A stretch of DNA of 64,000 bases, taken from positions 2,927 through 66,926 of the IMG/VR virus record IMGVR_UViG_3300046690_000348, one strand, 5' to 3'. Under the pieces are notes generated by a model, which was not told the origin of the DNA, ran no database searches, and was given only the letters and a program-made list of their open reading frames with translations. Origin of the DNA: a virus. Shown here piece by piece: positions 11,045-19,752 of the stretch. Every line of letters begins with the position of its first letter. Position 1 is the first letter of the stretch. The translations under genes were made by a program, and so were the position numbers.

Positions 11045-11883
11045 GGTTGGGCCTGCCAGCGTTCGAGTTCGACGTCGTCCAACTCGCGGCGGAGCCGGGC
11101 GATCTCATTGAGAAGCTCGCACTCGCCCCCGCTGACCTCGATCCGAGGGATCATCGAGCCGGGGTTGGAGTCACGGACCCAGCCGTGCCCGGCCGGACCG
11201 CCCCTACGCTTCGGCGTGTACCGGCGGATCGTCCACGTCCGGTCGCCAACAGTGAGCATGTCGGGGTAGTCGCGTTCGTTCACAGTCCCTCCCGGCAGGC
11301 GGCGATCACCCAGTGCGCCTTCTCCTCCGACACCGGCAGCGTCGAATCCCACCAGGCGAGCAACTTCCAGTAGTACGGCTCGCGTTCCTCGATGGTGAGC
11401 TTCGACCAGCACTTGTCACACAGGGCGAAGCAGCCACCGGCGCCGAGCAGCCCGACCTGACCGGTGATCACCCACAGTTGGATGTCCAGGTCGAGCGCCC
11501 GGAAGCACTCGACCAACTCCGGGCCGTACGGGGTCGTGTGTTCCTTCACGCACGCCCACGGCATCCCACAGCGGAAACACCACGAGTAGCCCGGGTGGCG
11601 GCGCCGCGCGAACTTGGCGCGGAAGCTGTCATGGGTTGGGCGTTCCATCAGCCACCCACCGGGTGCAAGAACTTGACCATCACGTGGACACCGCGCCCGG
11701 CGCCCCACCGCTCAGCGACAGCGACGAGTGTCTCGGTGGTCCTGGCGGACCAGTTCATCTCGCCGTCCGGTGTTTCGATCGACAGGCACCAGCGGCCATC
11801 CTCGACCTCGTCGCCCTCGTCGGTGTAGCTGACCACGTGACACGGGTCGTACCAGATGTCGGCTTTGACCTCGACTTTGGCCG

Positions 11884-12156
11884 TCATGCGTTCGCTGCCC
11901 GGATCACGGCGAGCATCTCCCGCTTCTCTGTTTCGAGGTTCGCCAGGTCGATCCCGAAGTGTTCGGCGAGGATGGCGTTGACGTCGACGTGAGCCGGGAC
12001 GAACTGCGGGTTGTCGTAGCCGTCGAACTCGCGCCACTCGCCGAGCGCCATGCGCTTCGAGGCCAACCAGTCGATGAACTCGCCGATGGCTTGCGACTCG
12101 TCCTTGACGTCCATCAGCTTCGTGTGTTCCGGGTACAGGTCTGCGGTGGTTTCCAT
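11884..12156 (-). CDS. hypothetical protein
   Basis: METTADLYPEHTKL...; leaderless behind a consensus promoter. Confidence 0.7.
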   Translation of the reverse strand: METTADLYPEHTKLMDVKDESQAIGEFIDWLASKRMALGEWREFDGYDNPQFVPAHVDVNAILAEHFGIDLANLETEKREMLAVIRAANA

Positions 12157-12163
12157 GACTGTA

Positions 12164-12192
12164 ACTCTACTCTCCCCGTCGCCGGTTGTCAA
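12164..12192 (-). promoter_or_regulatory. sigma70/SigA-type promoter, leaderless
   Basis: TTGACA-17nt-TAGAGT-7nt-ATG. Confidence 0.8.
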
Positions 12193-12818
12193 ATGAGTTG
12201 CGGTGGTTGTTCGGGGAGGACGGCGAACACGAGCGCCGTCGAGTAGTCCCGATGGGCGTGGACCTGGCGGCGCCCCGGCGGCTGCACCCGATACCCGTAC
12301 ACGTGCAACTCGTCCACCTTGTCGAGACCGAGCGTCTTGCCGTGCTCGGTCATCATGTCGGTCTGCCAATGGATCTTGCCGGACACCACCTGGTTCATGC
12401 ACTTCACGATCACGAAGTCTCGCGCCAGGCGGGCCGCTTCGGTCATCCCTCGTCGCATCAGATCGTGACGCTCGGCCGGGGAGCGGTAGTCGCCGCCCAC
12501 CCCGTAGTCGTCATCCGATGTGGCCGGACCACCTTGGGATGCGGTGCCGTTCAGCTTGTACGGCGGGTCGAACACCACCGTCGCGAACGTCTTGGAGTGC
12601 ATCGGCATGTCCGTGAAGTCTTGGTGGAACCCGGTGTCCGAGATCGGGTCGGTGTCGTTCGTCACGAGATCCGATGGCCGGTACTGCTTCCAGAAGCGGC
12701 CCTTGCCGTACGTCAAGTCGAGGACCGGGTCCGGCAGGTAGCCGAGGTTGAACAGGTCCGAGATCAGATCGGCGTTCGAGCGGCGCGGCGGATTCCCGAT
12801 CGCGCGGATGTGGCTCAT
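12189..12818 (-). CDS. DNA N6-adenine/N4-cytosine methyltransferase-like protein
   Basis: SAM-binding VLDLTYGKG and catalytic VVFDPPY motifs. Confidence 0.8.
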   Translation of the reverse strand: MSHIRAIGNPPRRSNADLISDLFNLGYLPDPVLDLTYGKGRFWKQYRPSDLVTNDTDPISDTGFHQDFTDMPMHSKTFATVVFDPPYKLNGTASQGGPATSDDDYGVGGDYRSPAERHDLMRRGMTEAARLARDFVIVKCMNQVVSGKIHWQTDMMTEHGKTLGLDKVDELHVYGYRVQPPGRRQVHAHRDYSTALVFAVLPEQPPQLI

Positions 12819-13177
12819 TCGAGCGGCTCGTACGTCGCATCGAAGATGTCGGGTCGACACACGGAGAACGTGTCGTTCATGTCCTTGATGATCCAGTCAC
12901 CCGGCCTTGCTCGGAACGCGGGGTCGATCGCCAGGTACTCCGGTCCCCCGCCGGTCAGCATCGTCTCCGGGCATGGCAGTGCTGATTGTCCGAACGGGCC
13001 GGGGATGATGCCGCGCCCGTCGCATCGGCAATGGTCGGAGTGCAGGCGCGGCGGATCGTCATGCCAGCGCGCCGTGCCCCCCTCGGCGAGAACCCAGTCG
13101 ATGATCGGCGTCGCCAACTCGGGACCACCCAACCACTGGCGCGCCTCGATCTCGACCGGTCGTTTGCGGAAGCGCAT
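12815..13177 (-). CDS. conserved phage protein (RKKPVxIEA...PGDWII...PDIFxxTY family)
   Basis: MRFRKRPVEIEA and PGDWIIK...CRPDIFDATYE motifs. Confidence 0.75.
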   Translation of the reverse strand: MRFRKRPVEIEARQWLGGPELATPIIDWVLAEGGTARWHDDPPRLHSDHCRCDGRGIIPGPFGQSALPCPETMLTGGGPEYLAIDPAFRARPGDWIIKDMNDTFSVCRPDIFDATYEPLE

Positions 13178-13605
13178 CAGACCGATGGTGTCGACTGCGA
13201 GTTGATCGGCTGTCCGACCGTCACCACGTCACCGACCGTGCCGGTCGTCACCGTGGGCGCCTGCATGGCCGAGCCGCGCAGGATGAGCGGCATGAGGTCG
13301 TTGATGGGTGCGACTTCCCACTCGTAGTCGCCGCCTCCGTCGATGCCGCCTCGGATGGCGTCCTCCATCGCCCGGGCGAGCCGCTCGGCTTGGGTGCGGT
13401 TCGGGAGGACTCGCAGCAGTTCGCTGCGGGGCCGGATGACGACCTTGCGGTTCTTCGGTGTCACCACGTTGTGGCCGGTCAGTTCGTAGCCGTCCTTTGT
13501 GCGGGTGATCGACTCGATCTCGACCGGGACGTCGTTCTCCCAGAGCACCACCTCGCCGATCTCGACTCCCGATGGTGCAACGGTTCGATAGATATGAACT
13601 TTCAT
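13177..13605 (-). CDS. hypothetical protein
   Basis: Coupled ORF (MKVHIYRT...). Confidence 0.6.
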   Translation of the reverse strand: MKVHIYRTVAPSGVEIGEVVLWENDVPVEIESITRTKDGYELTGHNVVTPKNRKVVIRPRSELLRVLPNRTQAERLARAMEDAIRGGIDGGGDYEWEVAPINDLMPLILRGSAMQAPTVTTGTVGDVVTVGQPINSQSTPSV

Positions 13606-13979
13606 ACCGTCGTGGTTCCTTCCACTTGGCGGGCCTCGCGGCGCGCGGTTCGTTCCTGACACCAGGCGAGCGCCTTGCGTAGGTGGTCGATGATCTCCTG
13701 GTTCTCGGCGCACGCGAACTGGGTGTCCTGGTAGAACTCCATGCGTTGCAGCGCGGCCTCGATCACGGTCTCCACGAAGCAGCCGTTCGGCTCGTGGCGG
13801 ACACCGTCGATCACGATCGGGCCTTCCTGCCAGCGGATGTACAGCGCCGGATTGTTGAGCGCGTACTGGCCCATCGTTCCGTTGGTCGGGTCGGTCGGGT
13901 GGGCGGTGATCAGCTTGACGACTCCGCCAGCGGGGGCTTCGTCCTTCAACCAGTTCTCGGCGTGGAAACGTTGGATCAT
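13602..13979 (-). CDS. tad1: Tad1-like (Thoeris/CBASS signal sponge) anti-defence protein
   Basis: IRWQEGP...NG...QRMEFYQ..QFACAEN....HLRKALAW...RTARREARQVEGT matches the recalled Tad1 family pattern; TACTGT 6 nt before ATG. Confidence 0.8.
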   Translation of the reverse strand: MIQRFHAENWLKDEAPAGGVVKLITAHPTDPTNGTMGQYALNNPALYIRWQEGPIVIDGVRHEPNGCFVETVIEAALQRMEFYQDTQFACAENQEIIDHLRKALAWCQERTARREARQVEGTTTV

Positions 13980-14004
13980 CGGACCACAGTACGCGATGGT
14001 GGCG

Positions 14005-14538
14005 TCATTCTGACAAGGCGCGCAGCGACGCCGTCGAGATCGCGTCGAGCATCTGGTCGGACATGACGAGGTCCCGCTCGAAGCGGGTGACGGACTCGGC
14101 GTAGAACTGGCGGAAATGGGCACGCAGCGCGTCCTGCGATGAGCCGTCGCATAGCTGCCACCAGCCCATCGTTTGCACGGTCTCGTCAATGCAGGCGTGC
14201 GTCCAGTCGTCGTTCCAGCCGTGACGGCCTTGCTCGCGGACCCGGGTTTGGACCTCGCGCCACGCCTCGTCGGCGCCGGGCGGCAACTCACCCGAGGCGC
14301 GGGCGCGGAGCAGGATCGCGGTGCGACGGATCACACCGGCCGGTGGCACGAACTCTCGGCCCTCGGCGGCGAGGACCTTCAATGCTGCGTAGGCGAGGTC
14401 GGCGGGGACATCTTCGAGGACGGTCAGCCATACGTCGGCCATCAACGTCACGTCGCGTTGCGTCGATGGTGCGTCGCGCCACGACGGCCAAAGCATCTGG
14501 GCGGCGCCGATCAGTTTGAGCGCGTCGGCCCGGTTCAC
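14005..14538 (-). CDS. replicative helicase loader/inhibitor (G39P-like)
   Basis: W..VLEDVP...AYAAL.......FVPPAGVIR...ADEAWREV; downstream of the initiator. Confidence 0.75.
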   Translation of the reverse strand: MNRADALKLIGAAQMLWPSWRDAPSTQRDVTLMADVWLTVLEDVPADLAYAALKVLAAEGREFVPPAGVIRRTAILLRARASGELPPGADEAWREVQTRVREQGRHGWNDDWTHACIDETVQTMGWWQLCDGSSQDALRAHFRQFYAESVTRFERDLVMSDQMLDAISTASLRALSE

Positions 14539-14960
14539 GACGGGTTCACGTCGATCAGCTTCGGGAACATGATCATGGTCGGCGCGACCATGAACGGGTT
14601 GTCATCGAGTAGCCGGTCGAGGGTGCATTGCACGTACATCGGGAACTCGTTGAACCACGTCCATGACAGCCCGTCGTTCCATGTCTCGGACGTCCACGTG
14701 AAGTCGAGCGCGAGCGTCACCTCGATGTCGGTTCGCAGTGGTGCTTCGGGGACCCGGATTCCCCACGCCTTCAAGCGGACAATGTCGGCCAGCACCGGCG
14801 CCTCGGCGACGACTCGTTTCATCACGTCCGGTCGGAATGACAGCGTCGAACCTCCGCACGTCATGTTCGACTTGTAGCAGCGGCGCGCATGGTAAAGCGC
14901 GTAGTCGCGGGACGCGAGGAGACGTTCGAGCGGCGTCGTGTCGGGGTAGTCATCGGGCAT
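14535..14960 (-). CDS. hypothetical protein
   Basis: Coupled ORF. Confidence 0.55.
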   Translation of the reverse strand: MPDDYPDTTPLERLLASRDYALYHARRCYKSNMTCGGSTLSFRPDVMKRVVAEAPVLADIVRLKAWGIRVPEAPLRTDIEVTLALDFTWTSETWNDGLSWTWFNEFPMYVQCTLDRLLDDNPFMVAPTMIMFPKLIDVNPS

Positions 14961-15297
14961 GACGTTCACACTGACGGTCGACCGCACGGACACGCTCGGT
15001 CACCGGACCCATCAAGTCGATGAGCGGGGTCGATGCCTGAGCCACCCGGCCGTGCGCTTCCATCGCGATCATCTTGGCGAACTCGTTGACGGCTTCCAGC
15101 CGATACCACGGCCCGTCCCAAAGTCCGATGCCATCATGCACGTGCGGGGCAAAGCAGCCCACCTCAAGCACCCGCCACACTGATCGTTGTTCCCACGGCG
15201 GGATGTCGCCCGGGATCGGTTTCTCCTCGCGGTAGATCAGTTCGCCCGCCGCGAAGCGGTGCTCGATCGGAACCTCGATGGTGACCACAGTCCGCAT
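14950..15297 (-). CDS. hypothetical protein
   Basis: CATGAT 7 nt before ATG. Confidence 0.55.
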   Translation of the reverse strand: MRTVVTIEVPIEHRFAAGELIYREEKPIPGDIPPWEQRSVWRVLEVGCFAPHVHDGIGLWDGPWYRLEAVNEFAKMIAMEAHGRVAQASTPLIDLMGPVTERVRAVDRQCERHAR

Positions 15298-15305
15298 GTC
15301 GCCCA

Positions 15306-16067
15306 TCATGCACCATCCGGGCGACATTCTTCGGCGGCGATCGCGGCGGACAGCGCGTCGAGTTGTCGGCCGGTCTTGCCCTTCGTCGCGCGGCCGTCGA
15401 GGTACTGCTCGAACACCTGCCGGGTGAACGGGCGGCGGTCGTCGTACGCCTGCTTGATCGCGCCCTTGATGGCGAGCACCGGGTAGTCGTTCGTCATCAA
15501 CGGTTCGATCATCTTGACGAGCGCCATGAACGTGTAACCGACCGGTGTGTGCCCCGTTGAGCGTTGCACGTAGTCCCACCAGTCCTGGGCAATCGAACGC
15601 GCCGTCGCCGTAGGCGGCGGCTGTTCTTCTCCGTGTTCTTCTGTAAATGAATCACCTATAGGAGGGGACGTGTGGCGTCCTGGGGGTGGACGTGTGGCGT
15701 CCTGGGGGTGGACGCCTGGCGTCCTGGGGGGTGGACGTGTGGCGTCCTGGGTCGCGCCTTCCCACACGTCGAAGTCGAACGTGATTCGGAACCGTTTGCC
15801 GCCCTCGGCTTGCGGGGTGTCGATCACGTTGATCTCGATGATGGCGAGGTCGACCAGACGGGTCAGCGACGAGGAGACACGCGCCCGGGAGATGTGGGTG
15901 TGTCGGACGATCGCGTTGCGGGACACGAAGTCGAACAGGTAGCTGTCTGCGTGGGATGCCAGCCAGCCTGCGACTCGCAGGTCGTACGGGTCGAGCGTCG
16001 GATCTTCCCAACGCCAGTTCGGCACGACGGTGAATCCTCGCCTGCCACGTGACTCGATGCCACTCAT
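15306..16067 (-). CDS. replication initiator protein (N-terminal wHTH, lambda O-like layout)
   Basis: FTVVPN...L...DLRV.GWLASH, HTH SRNAIVRHTHISRARVSSSLTRL; internal iterons; helicase loader downstream. Confidence 0.8.
   Translation of the reverse strand: MSGIESRGRRGFTVVPNWRWEDPTLDPYDLRVAGWLASHADSYLFDFVSRNAIVRHTHISRARVSSSLTRLVDLAIIEINVIDTPQAEGGKRFRITFDFDVWEGATQDATRPPPRTPGVHPQDATRPPPGRHTSPPIGDSFTEEHGEEQPPPTATARSIAQDWWDYVQRSTGHTPVGYTFMALVKMIEPLMTNDYPVLAIKGAIKQAYDDRRPFTRQVFEQYLDGRATKGKTGRQLDALSAAIAAEECRPDGA
15641..15752. repeat. probable replication origin: four ~22-bp iterons plus AT-rich patch
   Basis: ggacgtgtggcgtcctggg(ggt) at 15666, 15688, 15710, 15733; adjacent ctgtaaatgaatcacctata. Confidence 0.8.
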
Positions 16068-16134
16068 CGCAAGTGACACGCGTGTTGTTTGGTGCTACCG
16101 TTCATCTGGTCCTACTCTCCAAAGGTGAGGACTT

Positions 16135-16190
16135 AGCCCCCGGTGGGATCCGCGTAGCTCGGCAGCGTTGCGGATCACGCCGGGGGTTTG
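16135..16190 (-). promoter_or_regulatory. long hairpin upstream of the initiator gene
   Basis: cccccgg..gatccgc-loop-gcggatc..ccggggg. Confidence 0.55.
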
Positions 16191-16209
16191 CTTTGTGGGA
16201 CTTGCGAAC

Positions 16210-16533
16210 CTACTCCGGTCGGAGCACGGCGTCGAGTTCCTTCTCGTCGGATGGTCGCCACAGGTGCGCCTCGACGCCGGGGCAGCCTTTGAGCATCGCG
16301 ATCACGGCGCGCTGAACGACCGAGACCCGCCCGTTCTCGGTCTTGAGTTCAGCGAACACGATCCGGGGCGGTCGGACCAGGATCAGATCCGGCAGCCCCG
16401 AGTCGTTGCGGCGTGAGTCGTTGTCGTGCCAGCACCACCACCCGTAGGCGGTGGCGCGTTCCACGACGGCTCGTTGGAACTCGGCCTCGGTGACGAAGTC
16501 GTAGATGCGCTTAGCGCGGGGCGGGGGCGACAC
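16210..16533 (-). CDS. VRR-NUC domain nuclease
   Basis: TEAEFQ...GLPDLILV...FAELKTENGRVS..Q...W PD-(D/E)xK signature. Confidence 0.85.
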   Translation of the reverse strand: MSPPPRAKRIYDFVTEAEFQRAVVERATAYGWWCWHDNDSRRNDSGLPDLILVRPPRIVFAELKTENGRVSVVQRAVIAMLKGCPGVEAHLWRPSDEKELDAVLRPE

Positions 16534-17452
16534 CTTCGATGGCCGTCAGGTTGAGGGCGGTGGCGACGTTGTCGGCGATGTCACGGAACGCTGCCCGTTC
16601 GACCTCGTGTGGCCGTTCGAGCGTGTAGCCGATGGTGAACTTGCCGTCCCGCAGCCGGGTCTTGAGCGCCGCCTTCACCTCGTACTTCGGGGATCCGATG
16701 AACGGGGCGACGACGATGGTGAACGACTCGGGGATCGCGATTGAACCGTTACCGGCGGACGCGTCGATCGTCTCCTCGTACACGTACTGCTGGGCGCCGT
16801 CACGAACCTGGGAACCCTTCTTGAACGTGACGCCGACCGTCGCCTGGAATGTTTCGGCGATGCGGAGCATCTGCGCCGGGGAGGGATCCGTGATCTCCAA
16901 CGCGCCCTTCTCGATCGCGTCGGCGAACGTGTCCTGCGACGTCAGCTTGCCGCTGCCCGACGTCCAGTGAACCCACTCCTCGGACCGGCTCACGTCGAGA
17001 GCGACGCGATGGTCGCGCCATCCGGCCGTCGACCCCTGGTCGTCGTTGAGGATCGCGACGAGAGTCCGGGTCGCGTCGTCGGCGTAGATCGACACCGGCG
17101 ACTTGAGGATCAGCATCGGCACGACGTCCCTCGCGTCGGCCTTGCCCTCGGCGTCCGGCTTGTTCAGGTCGCGGGTCATGTGCTCGGCGAGGGTCGCGGC
17201 GAAGTCGTCGCCGGGGATCGGGCCGGACGGCCAGCGTTGCTTGACGGCGTCGATGAACCCCTTGGCGGAGCGCACCTTGATCTCGCCGTGAGGGCGGCGC
17301 GGGTGGTCGAGCAGGCGCTCGTTGTCGGTGTAGACCACCTGCCAGCCGGGCGGGATAGCGCGCTCGGACAGTTCGCCCGGCACGCGCTCGCGGGTGTCGA
17401 CTGCTGCGTCCTGCAACAGACTGTCGATGAGTGCTTGCACTTCGCCGCTCAT
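16511..17452 (-). CDS. DUF2303 / YfdQ-like protein
   Basis: IYAD...LVAILND....AGWRDHRV.L....S.EW..W...SQ..FAD.IE...IPE.F....PF. Confidence 0.8.
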   Translation of the reverse strand: MSGEVQALIDSLLQDAAVDTRERVPGELSERAIPPGWQVVYTDNERLLDHPRRPHGEIKVRSAKGFIDAVKQRWPSGPIPGDDFAATLAEHMTRDLNKPDAEGKADARDVVPMLILKSPVSIYADDATRTLVAILNDDQGSTAGWRDHRVALDVSRSEEWVHWTSGSGKLTSQDTFADAIEKGALEITDPSPAQMLRIAETFQATVGVTFKKGSQVRDGAQQYVYEETIDASAGNGSIAIPESFTIVVAPFIGSPKYEVKAALKTRLRDGKFTIGYTLERPHEVERAAFRDIADNVATALNLTAIEGVAPAPR

Positions 17453-17859
17453 TGGGCGTCTCCGGTCTGGTCGTTGATGGTCTTGATCTCGCCGGTGCCG
17501 GTGTCGGCAACGCGGCGTGGTTCGCCGTCGAGTTGGACGACGTTCGTGAAGTCGAGCTTCGGTCGCGTCGGGTCCTCGCGGAACAGACCGCCGTCGCGGT
17601 CCGGGTAGAAGATGTCGGCGTCGCGTGGCGGCGGCGGGATCTTCGCTTTGACATCGGCCTTGACGACGAGCGTCCGGCCCTTCTTGTCGACGTCGACCAC
17701 CAACGTCAGTGACGTCTTGCGTCCGCTGATGTCGGCGGCGGCGGCGATCTCCTTGATGCCCTCATCGAGTTCTTCGAGGGTTTCGCCGTCGAGGTGCTCG
17801 CGCAGCCATCGAATGAACGCTGACGGCTCCTCCTCTGGTGGTTGCTGTTCGTCTGTCAT
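17449..17859 (-). CDS. YfdP-like protein (DUF2303 partner)
   Basis: F..WL...G.T..EL...GRK.SLTL...VKAKIP...IFY...G.L.REDP; immediately upstream of DUF2303. Confidence 0.7.
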   Translation of the reverse strand: MTDEQQPPEEEPSAFIRWLREHLDGETLEELDEGIKEIAAAADISGRKTSLTLVVDVDKKGRTLVVKADVKAKIPPPPRDADIFYPDRDGGLFREDPTRPKLDFTNVVQLDGEPRRVADTGTGEIKTINDQTGDAQ

Positions 17860-18962
17860 GGTGTCCTCTCTTGTGTTGCTGCCATCGGTGCAGTATGACG
17901 AATCGCGGCGACACCTGACCATGCCTCGACGTAACGGTCGACGTGATCTTCCATCACCCACCGCGACGCGACTTCGCGCCCCTGCTCGGCTTGTTCGGCG
18001 CGCAGTGCCGGGGATTGGATCAACCGGCGCAGAGCGGACACCCACTGTCGGCCTCGGTCAGCAAGGTTGCCGCAGCCCTGCGCGGTGAACCGCTTGTATT
18101 CGTCGGTCGGCGAGCAGACGAACGGGACGCCAGTCGCCGCGTAGTCGAGTGGCTTGAGCCACGACTTCGAGCGGTTGAACATCGTGTCAGCCAATGGTGC
18201 GATGCCAATGTCGAAGCGGGCGACCTCGTGCGGGTAGCGGTCCATGCTGACACCGACGACGAGTTCGGGTTCCTGGGGCAAACTGAGCACCTGGTCGACG
18301 CGGTAGTTGTCGCCGAGCACGACGAGACGGGCCGATGGCTCCGAACGCAGCACCGTCGACATCGCGCCTTGCAGAACGTTCAAGTCCCCGGCGTGCGAAC
18401 CGACCTTGCCGGTCCAACCGATCTTGACGACGTCCGGGTCCCTGTCTGCCAGTACGTCGAGGTAACGGCGCGGGATGTGGTTCTCGACCACGATCGCCCG
18501 TTTCTGCCCGTAGACACGAGCCAGGGCGGGCGTGGTGACCACCACGGCGTCGGCGTACATGCAGCAACGCGCAAGGTGCTGCCAGTTCGCCTCGGGTGAC
18601 GTCGCCGGGTTGAGGTACTCGAACGCGTCATGTTGGGCGTGAACGGCCGACAGGTCGTCATCGAGTTCGACCACGCAGCGCACACCATTCTGCTGCAAGA
18701 GTTGGATGGCGAACACGTTGCGCCACGCCAGTGGACGTTGGAACACGACCACGTCGAAGTCGATGTCGCCGGTCAGCTTCGCCTGCGGGATCCCGCGATG
18801 GTCGAGGCCGACCATGACCGGCATCGAGAGCATCGGCCCGGGGGCGAACACCGTCACGTCATGCCCGGCGGCGCGGGCGAGTTCGCCGGGCCAACGCATC
18901 CGCAGATTCCCGCACGCGCCGTTGTCAGCCGGGTACAGGTGGATCCGCACTGTCGCCTTCAA
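17856..18962 (-). CDS. glycosyltransferase (GT-B fold); start uncertain
   Basis: ELDDDL, KIGWTG..SH.GDL, FDIGIAPLAD..FNRSKS.LK.LDYAA.GVP. Confidence 0.85.
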   Translation of the reverse strand: MKATVRIHLYPADNGACGNLRMRWPGELARAAGHDVTVFAPGPMLSMPVMVGLDHRGIPQAKLTGDIDFDVVVFQRPLAWRNVFAIQLLQQNGVRCVVELDDDLSAVHAQHDAFEYLNPATSPEANWQHLARCCMYADAVVVTTPALARVYGQKRAIVVENHIPRRYLDVLADRDPDVVKIGWTGKVGSHAGDLNVLQGAMSTVLRSEPSARLVVLGDNYRVDQVLSLPQEPELVVGVSMDRYPHEVARFDIGIAPLADTMFNRSKSWLKPLDYAATGVPFVCSPTDEYKRFTAQGCGNLADRGRQWVSALRRLIQSPALRAEQAEQGREVASRWVMEDHVDRYVEAWSGVAAIRHTAPMAATQERTP

Positions 18963-19233
18963 TCACGTCGGCCTCGATGGCGTCCGGGTACTTCTCGGGT
19001 CCGCCGATGATCTGACCGGTCGGGAACATCTCGGAGAACACCTCGCGGACCGCTGCGAGCGGATCGGTGCCGCCCGGGAAGCGGCCGAACACGGCGGTCG
19101 GCGTCGAATGGACACGCATGTGGAGGAACGCTGGCGGCGCCGGATCGGTCGACTTACGACCCGTGCGTTCGAGGAACACACGGGCGGCTTCGTCCTGTTC
19201 GGCGATCGGGTCACGTGGCGCGTCGGCGCTCAT
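18925..19233 (-). CDS. hypothetical protein
   Basis: Coupled ORF. Confidence 0.5.
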   Translation of the reverse strand: MSADAPRDPIAEQDEAARVFLERTGRKSTDPAPPAFLHMRVHSTPTAVFGRFPGGTDPLAAVREVFSEMFPTGQIIGGPEKYPDAIEADVIEGDSADPPVPG

Positions 19234-19633
19234 ACTCGGCTCCTGACATTCTCACGCCGCGCTTCTCGGCTTCGATCCGGTTCGTGCCCTTCCAGTCATG
19301 GTGAGCGCGGCACGCCACCTGCACGTTGTCCACGTCGAGGTGCCCGCCGGGGGCGACGCCGCGCTGGGCGATCTCGTCGCAGTCGAGCGGTTCGCCGGGC
19401 GGATGCCAGCACTTCACCTCGGGGACGACGTCCTGCAACTGGCAGCGATACCCGGCGCGGCGAAGCGCCTCCTCGCGGACGGCGTCGCGGGCCGGGCGTT
19501 CAGCCTTGCGTTTCTCAGACTCGCGCTTGACCTGCGGCCGGGGCTTGGTCGGGTCGGGCCACCGTTTGCGGGCCTTCGGACCGGTCGTGCGCGCGAGCGG
19601 GGTGCTGCGGTCGAGCGGGGTGCTGCGCTTCAT
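19211..19633 (-). CDS. HNH-endonuclease-like protein
   Basis: Basic N-terminus, RCQ...C...DCDEI..R..GG..D..N....CRAHH; first His appears replaced by Asp. Confidence 0.7.
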   Translation of the reverse strand: MKRSTPLDRSTPLARTTGPKARKRWPDPTKPRPQVKRESEKRKAERPARDAVREEALRRAGYRCQLQDVVPEVKCWHPPGEPLDCDEIAQRGVAPGGHLDVDNVQVACRAHHDWKGTNRIEAEKRGVRMSGAEYERRRAT

Positions 19634-19752
19634 CTGGCCCCGGACGCTACCAGACCGGGAGTCTGCGGTTGTTTACTGGCGCATACTCCGCGCCACGACC
19701 ACGAACACCGCAATGGCGCCGATAGTGAACCCGACGATGAGAGCGGCGGCGA

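Noticed and set aside
12815-13177. RKKPV/PGDW family protein as a second anti-defence sponge
   Set aside because: Close to tad1 but lacks Tad2 or Acb2 motifs; function cannot be supported from sequence
15666-15752. Tandem 22-bp repeats as a CRISPR array
   Set aside because: No spacers; inside the initiator ORF; fits iterons
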